DNA of 64,000 nt from Candidatus Shapirobacteria bacterium (lineage in GTDB: Bacteria; Patescibacteriota; Microgenomatia; UBA12405), in assembly GCA_030698565.1 (NCBI GenBank), contig JAUYJS010000008.1, positions 161,275-225,274 of the forward strand, in the 5' to 3' direction. The notes under the pieces were generated by a model. It made no database searches. It had not been told where the DNA came from and worked only from the letters and a program-made list of their open reading frames with translations. The stretch's first letter is position 1. The number at the start of each line of letters is the position of its first letter. This document shows positions 18,307 through 27,339 of the stretch, piece by piece. Made by a program: the position numbers and the translations under genes.

Positions 18307-19320
18307 ATGAATCAAAAAAATATATCAAAACCTAGAATTTTAACCGGTGATCGTCCTACCGGTCCTTTACATGTCGGCCATTATATAGGTACTCTGGCCA
18401 ACAGGGTCAAACTTCAAGACGAATACGATTGTTTTATTATTATGGCTGATCTCCATACTCTAACAACCAATCCTAGTAAGGAAAAAACCATTGGTATCAA
18501 CGATCGTGTCAGGGGTTTAGTCTTAGACTACTTATCCGTCGGTCTTGATCCGGAAAAATGCACTTTTTATCAACAAAGTCGGGTTCCGGAAGTGGCCTAT
18601 TTATCCTTAATATTTTCAATGCTCGTTACTGTTCCTCGTGCCCAAAGAATTCCCACTCTCAAAGACGTCTTGCGCGATTTAAAAATTGAAAAGCCATCCC
18701 TGGGTCTGTTGACCTATCCAGTTTTACAAGCCGCCGATATTCTAATGGTTAAAGCCAATTTAGTACCAGTCGGTAAAGATCAAGAAAGTCATGTGGAAAT
18801 AACCCGGGAAATTGCTACAGATTTCAATCGAATGTATGGGGAAATTTTTCCAGTCCCCAAAGCCTTAATTGGTGATAACGGTACTCTCATAGGTACCGAT
18901 GGTCAAGCCAAGATGAGCAAATCTATTGGAAATTGTATTTATTTAAGCGACTCCGAAGATGTGGTCAATCAAAAAGTCAAAACTATGTATACCGACCCCA
19001 CCCGTATCCGACCAACCGACCCGGGTCATGTCGAAGGTAATCCAGTTTTTATTTATCATGACGCCTTCAATGATAACAAAGAAGAAGTTGCCGATTTAAA
19101 GGCAAGATATATAAATGGACAAGTAGGGGATGTGGAAGTAAAAACTAAATTAGCCCTAGCCATGAATCGTTTTCTGGCACCAATTAGAGACCGCCGCGCC
19201 AAATATGAGGGCAAAACCGATCTCATTAATCAAATCATCGACGATGGTTCCCAAAAAACCCGTCTCGAAGCCCAAAAAACATTAAGTGAAGTCTTGTCAG
19301 CAATGGGATTACAGAAATAA
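18307..19320 (+). CDS. trpS: tryptophan--tRNA ligase
   Basis: TGDRPTGPLHVGH, YPVLQAADIL, VPVGKDQ, KMSKS; ATG at 18307 preferred. Confidence 0.96.
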   Translation: MNQKNISKPRILTGDRPTGPLHVGHYIGTLANRVKLQDEYDCFIIMADLHTLTTNPSKEKTIGINDRVRGLVLDYLSVGLDPEKCTFYQQSRVPEVAYLSLIFSMLVTVPRAQRIPTLKDVLRDLKIEKPSLGLLTYPVLQAADILMVKANLVPVGKDQESHVEITREIATDFNRMYGEIFPVPKALIGDNGTLIGTDGQAKMSKSIGNCIYLSDSEDVVNQKVKTMYTDPTRIRPTDPGHVEGNPVFIYHDAFNDNKEEVADLKARYINGQVGDVEVKTKLALAMNRFLAPIRDRRAKYEGKTDLINQIIDDGSQKTRLEAQKTLSEVLSAMGLQK

Positions 19321-19341
19321 AGGGATAATAAACATTCGTTT

Positions 19342-19373
19342 TTGTAGAGACGCGCTGCAGCGCGTCTCTACAA
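19342..19373. repeat. GTAG-type REP-like perfect palindrome downstream of trpS
   Basis: TTGTAGAGACGCGCTGCAGCGCGTCTCTACAA (32 nt). Confidence 0.85.
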
Positions 19374-19456
19374 CTTAAATATTTATACAACAAATCAAAT
19401 TTTCTTTTTTTTGTCCATGGGTTAGAATGAATTAATAAATTATAATTTTTATATAT

Positions 19457-20491
19457 ATGTCTGAATCACAAAACGGTCCTGGCTTATCAATGAAAGATAG
19501 ACTTTTTAGTAAAATTAAAGAAATTTTTCCACATAGAAATAATGAGACACAAAAACCATCAGTAACAGCCTTAACTATTTCTTCAGCAGAAGCGGAAGAG
19601 TCAGTAGAATATGATTTACCTTATGCTTATATTCCCAGCGGAGATCCTGAAAAACCTTTATATGAAAGAACTACTGAGCCTTCTGAAGAAGAATTAAAAA
19701 GGTTTTTCACACCTGAAATGATTTCTAGATTAGTTAAATGTCCCCAAATTAAAGTTGACGAAACAGATGACTGGGGTATGTTTGGTTATGAACCGGGTTA
19801 TTTTTTCGTATGTGAAAGTAGATACAAAGGAGCTAAACGTTTCAACGATAAAGACCTTTTAATAGGTAGATCTTTGAGAAGTGCAACTACTTCTACTGGA
19901 TACAGTATTACTGAAATTCAACACGCAGACTCTTTTCCGAGAGATAAATTTGATAAACAAACGATAACTGCATCTAAAACTCCTAGAACATTCGCTTTTT
20001 TAAGAAAGTTATTAGACAATGTCAACCCTAATGATATAACAACTTATCTTATTGAAGATTTATATAATACTCTTGACAATTTAAAAAAAATAAAAGATAT
20101 GCCAAGTGTTTGGGAAGAAGAATTAAACAAATTGTCAAGTCTTACTAAATATCCGAACGAATCGGATAATACCGGTCTTAATAAGGACATGGCTACATTA
20201 AGAGAGCGCATAAAAGAAGATAAAAAAGAAATTCCAAATGAGACTTTAAAACGTCTACAAATAACAAATGCAATCAGAGAAAGAGAGGTAGTTGATCCCG
20301 CAAAATTAGCTTTTTTTAAATCATTTAAAGAAGAACAATCTCAAGTTCAACAAGCTATTGAACAAGCAAAACAAGCTGGAAATGACGAGCTTGCAACTAG
20401 TATTTTAGACGCTTTTGAAAAAGGACGTTCATTTTTGGAAGGCAAAGTTTATTTACCAAAATCATCTTCGGATCAAAAATTACTCACCTAA
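19457..20491 (+). CDS. hypothetical protein
   Basis: 344 aa open frame, no recognised motif. Confidence 0.7.
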   Translation: MSESQNGPGLSMKDRLFSKIKEIFPHRNNETQKPSVTALTISSAEAEESVEYDLPYAYIPSGDPEKPLYERTTEPSEEELKRFFTPEMISRLVKCPQIKVDETDDWGMFGYEPGYFFVCESRYKGAKRFNDKDLLIGRSLRSATTSTGYSITEIQHADSFPRDKFDKQTITASKTPRTFAFLRKLLDNVNPNDITTYLIEDLYNTLDNLKKIKDMPSVWEEELNKLSSLTKYPNESDNTGLNKDMATLRERIKEDKKEIPNETLKRLQITNAIREREVVDPAKLAFFKSFKEEQSQVQQAIEQAKQAGNDELATSILDAFEKGRSFLEGKVYLPKSSSDQKLLT

Positions 20492-20549
20492 AATTACTTC
20501 TCATTTTTATCGCTTTTTAGAATATACACAAATCCACAACTCATCGTTG

Positions 20550-20623
20550 TGGGTATGCATGGATTCGGACCATGGACCCCCGACTTATAAGATCGGTGCT
20601 CTAACCAACTGAGCTACATACCC
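20550..20623 (-). tRNA. tRNA-Ile(UAU)
   Basis: GGGTATG acceptor stem, anticodon arm CCGAT-CTTATAA-GTCGG, T-arm CATGG-TCCGAAT-CCATG. Confidence 0.9.
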
Positions 20624-20627
20624 TTTG

Positions 20628-20701
20628 TAGCAGAGGCGGGGATCGAACCCGCTACCTTAGCGTTATGAATGCTACGCTCTAACCAATTGAGCTACCCTGC
20701 C
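20628..20701 (-). tRNA. tRNA-Met(CAU), elongator-like
   Basis: GGCAGGG acceptor, TAGCA-TTCATAA-CGCTA anticodon arm, GCGGG-TTCGATC-CCCGC T-arm. Confidence 0.9.
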
Positions 20702-20775
20702 GCTTACCTGTGAATTATATCAGCCATACTGCCTAAATTCTATTTTTTCAATCTGATGCTAAAATTACATTATTT

Positions 20776-21001
20776 ATGGATAAGGGATTAAAAACAGGAC
20801 AATTAATTATCATTACGGGTCCTAGCGGTGTTGGTAAAGATTCCATTGCCCAGGATTTAAAGGGAAGAAAAATCTTATCTTTGGCTCATCGACCCAGTTC
20901 GGACCACCGATTTCCATTTCAAAAATGTGATTAAAAATGAGGGCTCAATCAGTCTTGTTGTTGAACAAATTAGTCAAATCCTTATTTCCTCGATAAAATA
21001 A
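20776..21001 (+). pseudogene. internally deleted guanylate-kinase-like remnant
   Basis: MDKGLKTGQLIIITGPSGVGKDSIA (P-loop), then out-of-frame HFKNVIKNEGSISLVVEQISQIL resembling the Gmk C-terminus. Confidence 0.55.
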
Positions 21002-21036
21002 AAAAGCCCACAAATTAATGTGGACCTTCTTATTTG

Positions 21037-21106
21037 TTGCGGGGCCAGGAGTTGAACCTGGCCTGTGAGATTATGAGCCTCACGTGCAGCCGTACACTAC
21101 CCCGCA
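21037..21106 (-). tRNA. tRNA-Met(CAU), probable atypical initiator
   Basis: TGCGGGG/CCCCGCA acceptor, TGAGG-CTCATAA-TCTCA anticodon arm, CCAGG-TTCAACT-CCTGG T-arm; 70 nt. Confidence 0.82.
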
Positions 21107-21139
21107 TGTATTGAGCTTTGGAATTTTAGCACACCTTAT

Positions 21140-21514
21140 TTATCTAGTAAACAAACTAATCCATTGTCTCAATGGTGAATCCGGATTTCCACTATCAGCC
21201 TGATCCCATAAGTTATAATTTTGTTCATCAGAAACTATTAGCCAATTATCATTTTTATCTCCCAAACCAAATTTATCTCGGACTTGTTGGTCAATAAAAG
21301 CACTACTGGTAGCGTATTCAACCTGTTGTTTTAATTTTCTATTTTCTACTTCCAAATAAGTTAGTTTATTCTTCATTTCCAGATTTTTAGCCTTAGCCAT
21401 GGTCAAAATACTCATTTGTTTGACTATATTAATTACGATCAAAACCAGGAATATAATTCCAACTAAATTCTTTCCCATTTGTACCCTGTCCTTGTTTATG
21501 TTACTATAAGTCAT
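21140..21514 (-). CDS. septum formation initiator (FtsB/DivIC-like)
   Basis: TM then coiled coil then FIDQQVRDKFGL; true start may be the ATG at 21478. Confidence 0.75.
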   Translation of the reverse strand: MTYSNINKDRVQMGKNLVGIIFLVLIVINIVKQMSILTMAKAKNLEMKNKLTYLEVENRKLKQQVEYATSSAFIDQQVRDKFGLGDKNDNWLIVSDEQNYNLWDQADSGNPDSPLRQWISLFTR

Positions 21515-21539
21515 ATTTTAGAATTTATTTCATTATTTT

Positions 21540-22409
21540 ATGAGTGAACTTTCACTTGAAAATGCTTTAAATTTGTTCGTGGGCGCGCTTTCCAAAAAAG
21601 GAAAGTCTACAAATACTATTGTAGCTTACAAAGGCGACATCAACCAATTAGTTGCTTTTTTAAAAAACAAACTTAATATTGTTACTATTGATGCTATTGA
21701 ATCTAAAGATATTGATGCTTTTAAAACCGATTTAATGGACAATAATTATACTTCTAAGTCTGTCTCCCGAAAACTAAATTCCTTTAAAAATTTTTTTTCA
21801 TTTTTAAAAAATGAAGGCGTTATCACCAAAGATCCCTCTTCTGAGATTCAGCATCCAAAATACGAAAACGATTTGCCCAAGATCTTAAAACCAATTGAAT
21901 ATCGTTCTTTGCGCGATGCCTGTCGCAATGACCTTCGAGCCACAGCCATTGTTGAATTAATGCTTCAAGCCGGTCTAAGAATCAAGGAAATTGAAAACTT
22001 AAAGATGGAAAATGTCAAAGATAACGAAATTTATATCGAAAGCTACGAAAGCCACCCAGCCAGAACTGTACCTCTAAATAATTCTGCCAAAAATGCTTTA
22101 AAAAGATATTTAGATGAAAGCCGATACGAAACTAAATCTAAAAGTGTTTTTATTACCAAAACCGGTCGACATTTATTGGCTAGAAATATTAGAAGCCTTT
22201 TAAATCGCTATTTTGATAAAGCCGATATTAAGGATGTTAAAGTCAATGACTTAAGAAATACCTTCATCGTCTATCAACTCAAATCTGGGGTACCTATTGA
22301 TATCGTCTCTCAAGTCGTTGGTCACAAAAGAATTTCTACTACTGAAAAATATCTAGAACTAATCGATAGTCGGGAAGAAAGTAAAGGCATCAAACTCAAA
22401 GAACTTTAA
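21540..22409 (+). CDS. XerC/D-like tyrosine recombinase
   Basis: SAM-like N-domain, AGLRIKE, NDLRNTF (His replaced by Asn), VGHK, TTEKY. Confidence 0.85.
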   Translation: MSELSLENALNLFVGALSKKGKSTNTIVAYKGDINQLVAFLKNKLNIVTIDAIESKDIDAFKTDLMDNNYTSKSVSRKLNSFKNFFSFLKNEGVITKDPSSEIQHPKYENDLPKILKPIEYRSLRDACRNDLRATAIVELMLQAGLRIKEIENLKMENVKDNEIYIESYESHPARTVPLNNSAKNALKRYLDESRYETKSKSVFITKTGRHLLARNIRSLLNRYFDKADIKDVKVNDLRNTFIVYQLKSGVPIDIVSQVVGHKRISTTEKYLELIDSREESKGIKLKEL

Positions 22410-24743
22410 TTAAAATCTGGCTCTCTTGGCAATTTCCGCTTCGATAATCGCTCGTGGTTTACCGTATTTTAGTGAAGATAACCTTTTAATCATTTCTGCC
22501 ATTTTTGGATTTCCTGGTTTTTTCTTTTCAACTGCTGCCACTCTCAATGAGAAAGGCGGCTTAGGATCTCCGTCGACCATAGTTTTCATATAAATTTCTC
22601 CAGTACCTAAGTTTAGAAGATCATGCTCATTAAATGTCGGCTGGAATTGTTTGGTCAAAAAGCCAGCATCAGAAATACCCAATCTAAAGCTAGAAATTGT
22701 ACCCACATTTCCAAAGACAGCATTTTTCACCTCATCGTCCATTTGGGATATGAACTGATTAGCTACGATTAAATTCAAATGATATTTTCTGGCTTCAGAT
22801 AAAATAACCGCAAAATCTTGAGTGGCGAAATTTTGGAACTCGTCTACGTACAAATAAAAATCTCGTCTTTTTTCTTCCGGCATGTCCTGTCGACTCATTG
22901 CCGCAATTAAAATTTTTGGAATTAGAACCAAACCCAAAAAAGCCGAATTTTCTTCTCCGATCGTACCTTTAGCCAAATTAATTATCAAAATTTTACCCTC
23001 ATCCATGGCTTGACGGAAATTAAAAGAAGATTGGGATTGGCCGATGATATTTCTCATCATTGTATTGGTAATAAACCGGCCGAATTTAGACACAATGTAA
23101 TCCAAAACTTCTGACTTGTGAAAATCCGAGGTTTGGGCAATTTGATCAGTCCAATACCTTTTTACCATCGGATCAGTTAATTTAGGTAATAAAGCTTGAA
23201 CATATGATGGATCAGTCAAGCAACGTACAATTTCAATAAAAGTCGCGCCGGGCTCCATCATTACCGTCAACATAATATTTCTTATCGCGTGTTCAAATCT
23301 AGGACCGACGATACCGGTTTTATACGGATCGTATAACTTATACATTAAATTAATAATGGAAGACGTCACAAAATCTTTTTGATCTTCTCGTTCACACTCC
23401 ATCACATTAAAACCCATGGGCCGGTCAGTCACCGAGGGATCAAAGTAAATTACATCATCAACTCTCTCTGGTGGAATTCTTTCCAAAATACTTTCATAAG
23501 TATCATGAGGATCAATAAAACAAACACCTCGTCCAGCCTTGATATCTTGCAAAGCCATATCGGCCAAAAGCCAGGATTTACCCACACCAGTTTGTCCCAC
23601 AATATAAAAATGCCTTTGTCGATCTACAGGCTGCATACAAAACTTTTTTGTCACACCACGGTATAAATTGTCCCCAATATAAATTCCTTCTTGAGGTGAA
23701 TCGATCGGGGCTGGAGCTTTTTTGGATTTTAGCCAATGAATATTGGGAGTTTCAATTGATTTATTAGGAAAATGAAAAATAGAAGCAATTTCATCAGCCG
23801 ATAAAATAGTCCGATTTTTAAACCAAAGCATTACTGGATATTTATAGATAAAATCTTCCATAAACATTGTTTTAAATCTAATTTTTCGTCCGCTTAATTT
23901 ATTCCACGGTGACTCAAATTGGGAAAAACAAGCCTTTATATTGGAAATATTCATTTTAGCAATCTCTGCAGTGGGGGCGACAGCGACTATTCTAATAGCA
24001 GTTTCAAAACCAGCCTTGCTGCATTTACTTTCAATAGCTTCTAATTGCCGGCCATCAACTTTATACGAAGCCTTTTCCGGATTTGATTCAGACTTTTTTG
24101 TTGAACTAATAAATCCTTTACCTTGTTTACTCCACTTACTGTCTATTGGAGAGATACATACCTGAATAGCCAAAGTTTCATCGTCATTTAACTTAGATAA
24201 AGTCGAAGTAATTGAAGCCAAAGGATCTGTTGAAATTTCTTTATACGATTTAAGCGGAAGATAAGGTGTCTTTTTAAGACCGAGCCAGGCATATTCTACT
24301 TTACCTTTTTCGGTATAAATATTTGGGTCATTGACTGCCTTAACATCAGCTCCAGCATATACGCTATAAATCTGTTTTTCCATAAAATCTTGATATTTAA
24401 GGGGCACTGACACATAAAATTTTATGTCATCGTGTGTCCCTATAATCTCCATAGAGATATTTGGCTGAGTCACTAAACTTTGTAACCACTTGAAGTCAGT
24501 GCTTTTGTAAAGGCTGGAAAGGGAACTAATAATTTGTTCCATGGCATCAATTTTTACTTCATTATCATTAGGTATACTTACCAAAAGTGTCACCAAATCT
24601 AACGATCTTTTTTCCCTGTCTTTCCATCTGTACCATAAAATAAGACCGTATCCTAAAACACCCAAAAGAGCCAAGACCAATATGACTGTCACAGCCATAT
24701 AAACAACATTTAATAATTGTTGCAATAAATAATCTATATTCAT
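22410..24743 (-). CDS. VirD4/TraG-like (HerA/FtsK superfamily) ATPase
   Basis: HFYIVGQTGVGKS, FIDPH, LYVDEFQNF, LSEARKY, ANQF. Confidence 0.85.
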   Translation of the reverse strand: MNIDYLLQQLLNVVYMAVTVILVLALLGVLGYGLILWYRWKDREKRSLDLVTLLVSIPNDNEVKIDAMEQIISSLSSLYKSTDFKWLQSLVTQPNISMEIIGTHDDIKFYVSVPLKYQDFMEKQIYSVYAGADVKAVNDPNIYTEKGKVEYAWLGLKKTPYLPLKSYKEISTDPLASITSTLSKLNDDETLAIQVCISPIDSKWSKQGKGFISSTKKSESNPEKASYKVDGRQLEAIESKCSKAGFETAIRIVAVAPTAEIAKMNISNIKACFSQFESPWNKLSGRKIRFKTMFMEDFIYKYPVMLWFKNRTILSADEIASIFHFPNKSIETPNIHWLKSKKAPAPIDSPQEGIYIGDNLYRGVTKKFCMQPVDRQRHFYIVGQTGVGKSWLLADMALQDIKAGRGVCFIDPHDTYESILERIPPERVDDVIYFDPSVTDRPMGFNVMECEREDQKDFVTSSIINLMYKLYDPYKTGIVGPRFEHAIRNIMLTVMMEPGATFIEIVRCLTDPSYVQALLPKLTDPMVKRYWTDQIAQTSDFHKSEVLDYIVSKFGRFITNTMMRNIIGQSQSSFNFRQAMDEGKILIINLAKGTIGEENSAFLGLVLIPKILIAAMSRQDMPEEKRRDFYLYVDEFQNFATQDFAVILSEARKYHLNLIVANQFISQMDDEVKNAVFGNVGTISSFRLGISDAGFLTKQFQPTFNEHDLLNLGTGEIYMKTMVDGDPKPPFSLRVAAVEKKKPGNPKMAEMIKRLSSLKYGKPRAIIEAEIAKRARF

Positions 24744-25087
24744 TCTTCTTTAAATTTAATCTTTCCTTTTTTTATTTTAATCAATCTAAAAATATATTCT
24801 GATAGCCATTTACCAGCTTCACCCACCGTCTTTTTAAAACCATCAGCAAATGTTTTTCTGGTAATTGGCAATACTATCTGTGGATCAGATGGTGCCGATG
24901 GCGACATCAAAGGTTGCCCACTGCTATCGTCCAATATAGTTGTCGTTTGAGTTTGGGTTTTTTCTACCCTCACCATCCATTTTTCAACACCTGCCGGTAA
25001 ATCTACTTCAGGTTTAGATCTAATTATATCAATTTCAGGAAGTTTAGTTTCATTTTCTGGTCGGGGAATTAATTTTTCTTCGTTCAT
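24740..25087 (-). CDS. hypothetical protein
   Basis: 115 aa ORF overlapping the ATPase start by 4 nt. Confidence 0.7.
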   Translation of the reverse strand: MNEEKLIPRPENETKLPEIDIIRSKPEVDLPAGVEKWMVRVEKTQTQTTTILDDSSGQPLMSPSAPSDPQIVLPITRKTFADGFKKTVGEAGKWLSEYIFRLIKIKKGKIKFKEE

Positions 25088-25154
25088 TTTTAATATGAGT
25101 ATATTCTAATTTGACGCAATCAACCAGTAGCCTGTAGGGTATAATCAAGAAACT

Positions 25155-26279
25155 GTGGAACAATATTCTGATTTGAAACTATCACATGTCGGACTGATCG
25201 ACAATCACCGCCGCTCCATTCCTTGGGCCACCTTATTTTTAAGTTTAATCTTAATTGCTGTCACCGTTTGGTTTATTCGTGGCGGTACTTACAAATTTTA
25301 CACAAGTCTTTTCTTTGGTCTATATTTTTTAACCCACCAAACCTGGGTATCAATAATATTAGTTGGGGTGGTTCAGAGCTTCATCTTTTTACCATTAAGA
25401 ATAATTAGTAGTCGCCACCACTCAGATCTCAAAGATTTTGAGTCAGAATTGGCTAAAACGAAAAATGATAATCAGTATATTTTATTTCGCAAAAATGTCA
25501 CCGAAGGCAGTTTGCCAGTAATTTTCTATAGTCTTAATTTTGTTCTCTTAACCATTGCTTTTGTATCGGTTGGTCGTGTATTTTTGCTTGATTTTTATAA
25601 CGAGAAAGTATCACCCGACTATCTTTATTCTTTTATTCCATATCCAGAATATCCATTAAATGGCACCGTTTTTAATTTTCCATTTTTCAAAATCACTCAA
25701 ACAATTTCCTTAAATTGGTCAACAATTTTTTATTTTTGGTTAATAGTTTTTGCTTGTTATATTTCACTTAAGCTGGTTTGGGTATTTCTAAAATTCTTTT
25801 TAACTAAAAATAAAAAAATACTGCAAATCAGAATAAAGTACAATCGCACTTTAATCTTTATTGGCAGTTTTATTGGTACACTCTTTTTATTCTCCATTAT
25901 TTTCTTACGCCACATACCTACGGGTTTTCAATCTATATGGTTATCGGCTGATCTGGCTAAACAAAACACTGTTTTCAACATTATTACAGCTTTTGGTATG
26001 TTTTTTGCTGCCACCCACGCAGGTTACATTCATCAACGCGATGCCGCCATTGAAGCCAAAAAGAACAATATTCCAGATGAAATTATTGCCATAGTTTTTA
26101 AAAAACATATGTACATCACTCTAAGAAACGGTATTTTATTGGCTGGGCTAGCCCTCTGGGTGACTCGACTAATGCCTTCATCTCACGATCTATCTGTTCT
26201 AACTTTCATTGTCTTGTATCTTATTTCCCCTATTACTTTCGATTTACTAATTCCCAAAAAACCACATGGAAAAGTCTGA
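25155..26279 (+). CDS. polytopic membrane protein, weakly YidC-like
   Basis: multiple TMs; WVSIILVGVVQSFIFLPL resembles YidC TM2. Confidence 0.5.
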   Translation: MEQYSDLKLSHVGLIDNHRRSIPWATLFLSLILIAVTVWFIRGGTYKFYTSLFFGLYFLTHQTWVSIILVGVVQSFIFLPLRIISSRHHSDLKDFESELAKTKNDNQYILFRKNVTEGSLPVIFYSLNFVLLTIAFVSVGRVFLLDFYNEKVSPDYLYSFIPYPEYPLNGTVFNFPFFKITQTISLNWSTIFYFWLIVFACYISLKLVWVFLKFFLTKNKKILQIRIKYNRTLIFIGSFIGTLFLFSIIFLRHIPTGFQSIWLSADLAKQNTVFNIITAFGMFFAATHAGYIHQRDAAIEAKKNNIPDEIIAIVFKKHMYITLRNGILLAGLALWVTRLMPSSHDLSVLTFIVLYLISPITFDLLIPKKPHGKV

Positions 26280-27336
26280 TTTTCTTTCAGTCTTGTCTTC
26301 TTATCGAAATTTACTGTGGCCGGTTATAGAAATTTATCTTAAAAAGACTTCTCATTTTACTGGCGCCGGGAAAATAGATCAAAAATATCAACCATTAATT
26401 GATTTTCACAGTCAAATGGTGTCTGATTATCCCCAAAGAAAAGGCAAATATCTTCGACCATCGCTTTTAATGTTAACGGCCCAGGCAATGGGCGTATCTT
26501 TAGAAAAAACTCTTCACACTGCTGCTGCTATGCAGTTATCCGAAGATTGGATATTAAACCACGACGACATTGAAGACAGTTCTCTTCAAAGAAGAGGCCG
26601 TCCCACATTACACCGAATATATGGACTTGAGTTAGCTATCAATGCCGGGGATGCTCTTCATGCTCTGACTTGGCACGTTTTAAACGATAATATTTTGACT
26701 TTAGGACCTTCGCAAACCGAAAAAATTAATGACGAATTTTTTTCTATTATAAATAGAACTATTTTAGGTCAGACAATTGAAATCAAGTGGACCAAGGAAA
26801 ATAAAAACGACTTAACCGAAGACGATATTTATTTAATTTTAGAAAGTAAAACTGGTTACTACACTATCTCTGGACCGATGCGGCTAGGTGCTATTTTGGC
26901 CAAAGCCACACCTGATCAATTGGAATCTATTTATCGTTTTGGACTTTATTTAGGCCGTTCATTTCAAATTATTGATGATCTTTTAGATTTAACTTCAGAT
27001 TTTTCCGGTCAAAAAAAGCAAAAAGGCAATGATGTTTATGAGGGCAAAAAAACTCTTATAATTATCCATCTTTTACATCATATTGATAGTAAAAATAAAG
27101 AAGAGCTGCTACGTATTTTATCCCTGTCTCGTTCTCAAAAAAAAGCCTCAGACATAAAATGGGTTATCCAAAAAATGGCTGAATTTGGTAGTTTGGATTA
27201 TGCCAAAACCAAAGCTCAAGAGTTTGCCAAAAAAGCTTCGCAAATTTTTGATACCGAACTTTTATTTTTAAGCACAGAGCCTTATCGTTCTCAATTACGA
27301 TCCGCTATAGAATTTATAATTAACCGCCAGCACTAA
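26266..27336 (+). CDS. polyprenyl diphosphate synthase
   Basis: GKYLRP, HDDIED..RRG.PT, AINAGD, GQ, KT, FQIIDDLLD, EGKKT. Confidence 0.92.
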   Translation: MEKSDFLSVLSSYRNLLWPVIEIYLKKTSHFTGAGKIDQKYQPLIDFHSQMVSDYPQRKGKYLRPSLLMLTAQAMGVSLEKTLHTAAAMQLSEDWILNHDDIEDSSLQRRGRPTLHRIYGLELAINAGDALHALTWHVLNDNILTLGPSQTEKINDEFFSIINRTILGQTIEIKWTKENKNDLTEDDIYLILESKTGYYTISGPMRLGAILAKATPDQLESIYRFGLYLGRSFQIIDDLLDLTSDFSGQKKQKGNDVYEGKKTLIIIHLLHHIDSKNKEELLRILSLSRSQKKASDIKWVIQKMAEFGSLDYAKTKAQEFAKKASQIFDTELLFLSTEPYRSQLRSAIEFIINRQH

Positions 27337-27339
27337 TTA

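Noticed and set aside
22410-24743. VirD4-like ATPase as evidence of a conjugative element
   Set aside because: No relaxase or mating-pair genes nearby, and it lies among housekeeping genes.
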